Shown piece after piece: positions 62,129 through 64,000 of a DNA stretch of 64,000 nucleotides. The position numbers and the translations under genes were made by a program. How positions within the stretch are numbered: the stretch's first letter is position 1; the number at the start of each line of letters is the position of its first letter. The stretch comes from Octopus bimaculoides (taxonomy: Eukaryota): assembly GCF_001194135.2 (NCBI RefSeq), contig NC_068983.1, positions 115,411,891 to 115,475,890 on the forward strand, read 5' to 3'. The notes below the pieces were generated by a model. It was not told the origin of the DNA. It made no database searches and saw nothing but the letters and a program-made list of their open reading frames with translations.

Positions 62129-63527
62129 TTTAAATCTGAAATATATCTACGTATCGCTGTTATTGCGGCCGCTTGGGAGTCTTATTTATTGAAAATATAA
62201 AGTTTTAAGAAACCTAAAGACCGCGATAAGATAAATACAATAATCTAATATTAACCTCAAATCCGATAAAAGTAGAAATATATATCAAATTGACCACAAT
62301 ATTTCAAACTCAACCGCCAACTAATATAGGAAAATTGAAATCGTTGTGTTTTGCTACGGACGAAGAAGCACAGGAAGCTGTACATAAATGGCTACGCAAC
62401 CAGTCAAAAACCTTCTATGGAATAAACAAGCATGTGGGCCGCTGAAACTAACGGGAAGTAACGGAAACTAACGGAAAGTGACGGCAAGTATCGGAAACTA
62501 ACGGAAAGTAACGGGAACTAACGGAAAATAACGGAAAATAACGGAAAATAACGGCAAGTAACGGAAACTAACGGAAACTAACGGAAACTAATCTTTAGCA
62601 TTAGTCTTGTTATATTTTTCNNNNNNNNNNNNNNNNNNNNNNNNNNNNNNNNNNNNNNNNNNNNNNNNNNNNNNNNNNNNNNNNNNNNNNNNNNNNNNNN
62701 NNNNNNNNNNNNNNNNNNNNNNNNNNNNNNNNNNNNNNNNNNNNNNNNNNNNNNNNNNNNNNNNNNNNNNNNNNNNNNNNNNNNNNNNNNNNNNNNNNNN
62801 NNNNNNNNNNNNNNNNNNNNNNNNNNNNNNNNNNNNNNNNNNNNNNNNNNNNNNNNNNNNNNNNNNNNNNNNNNNNNNNNNNNNNNNNNNNNNNNNNNNN
62901 NNNNNNNNNNNNNNNNNNNNNNNNNNNNNNNNNNNNNNNNNNNNNNNNNNNNNNNNNNNNNNNNNNNNNNNNNNNNNNNNNNNNNNNNNNNNNNNNNNNN
63001 NNNNNNNNNNNNNNNNNNNNNNNNNNNNNNNNNNNNNNNNNNNNNNNNNNNNNNNNNNNNNNNNNNNNNNNNNNNNNNNNNNNNNNNNNNNNNNNNNNNN
63101 NNNNNNNNNNNNNNNNNNNNNNNNNNNNNNNNNNNNNNNNNNNNNNNNNNNNNNNNNNNNNNNNNNNNNNNNNNNNNNNNNTAACGGAAAGTAACGAAAA
63201 CTAACAGAAACTAACGGGAACTAACGGAAACTAACGGAAACTAACGGAAACTAACGGGAAGTAACGGAAACTAACGGAAAGTAACGGGAACTAACGGAAA
63301 ATAACGGAAAATAACGGAAAATAACGGCAAGTAACGGAAACTAACGGAAACTAACGGAAACTAATCTTTAGCATTAGTCTTGTTATATTTTTCGTCAAAA
63401 AGTCAGTCTGAGATCGTAATTTTCTAATAAAATTTTAATATTTTGCCGACCTAAGTTTTTTTTTTCAAGGCAAGGAAAGTTGATGCAGTGGATTAAATTG
63501 CTCTGTAGAAAAAACGTGTATACTTTT

Positions 63528-63690
63528 ACTTGTTTCAGTCATTTGACTGTGGCCATGCTGGAGCACCACCTTTAGTCGCGCAAATCGACCTCAGGACATA
63601 TTCTTTGTAAGCCTAGTACTTATTCTAACCGCTAAGTTACGGGGACGTAAACACGCCACCATCGGTTGTCAAGCGATGTTGGGCACACAC
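63528..63690 (-). mobile_element. SINE family A tail, reverse
   Basis: TTTTACTTGTTTCAGTCATTTGACTGTGGCCATGCTGGAGCACC. Confidence 0.85.
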
Positions 63691-64000
63691 ACACACACTA
63701 ACAGGAAGTAACGGAAACTAACGGAAAGTAACGGAAACTAACGGGAAATAACGGCAAGTAACGAAAAATTTAACACGATTAATGCCAAAGATTTAAATCT
63801 GAAATATATCTACATATCGATGTTAGTGCGGCCGCTTGGGAGTCTTTCTTGCTGATTGAAAATATAAAGTTTTAAGAAACTTAAAGACTACGATAAGATA
63901 AATACAATAATCTAATATTAACCTCAAATCCAATAAAAGTAGAAATCTATATCAAATTGACCACAATATTTCAAACTCAACCGCAAACTAATATAGGAAA

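Larger units (their letters stand above)
59498..63760. repeat. 10-bp satellite (TAACGGAAAC / TAACGGAAAG), gapped and interrupted
   Basis: Long runs of degenerate 10-mers at 59498-61865, 62445-62590, 63182-63362 and 63700-63765. Confidence 0.97.

Noticed and set aside
62445-63392. Near-identical blocks 62445-62620 and ~63230-63392 on either side of a gap
   Set aside because: Most likely a contig-end overlap or haplotype redundancy around the gap.
59498-63760. ORFs (e.g. 60296-60538) and an array-like look in the 10-mer region
   Set aside because: These are translations of a satellite, with no unique spacers.

Overview
An AT-rich, gapped eukaryotic scaffold. The SINE and MITE families resemble those I recall from Octopus, so a coleoid cephalopod is inferred but not verified. 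No intact, recognisable host gene is present, and most ORF-track entries are microsatellite, N-run or antisense artefacts. The window is mainly transposon debris: R4/Dong-like RLE LINE remnants, five decayed mariners and a mariner MITE, a DD41D (rosa-like) Tc1/mariner, a piggyBac transposase pseudogene, an RTE LINE fragment, Penelope-like (PLE) fragments and at least four tRNA-derived SINE families. It also has many microsatellites and a 10-bp satellite (TAACGGAAAC/G) from 59.5 kb. A few short plus-strand segments have good splice signals and may be exons of an unidentified transcript. The most interesting signals are: (1) a TSD-flanked PLE insertion whose 3' repeat joins a tRNA-like Pol III promoter to a minimal hammerhead ribozyme, with three more hammerhead-like motifs within 47.6-50.1 kb; (2) an old ~3.9-kb inverted duplication containing one perfectly identical 54-bp block; (3) templated insertions of nearby sequence into a SINE and next to the satellite; (4) a near-perfect 290-bp palindrome.
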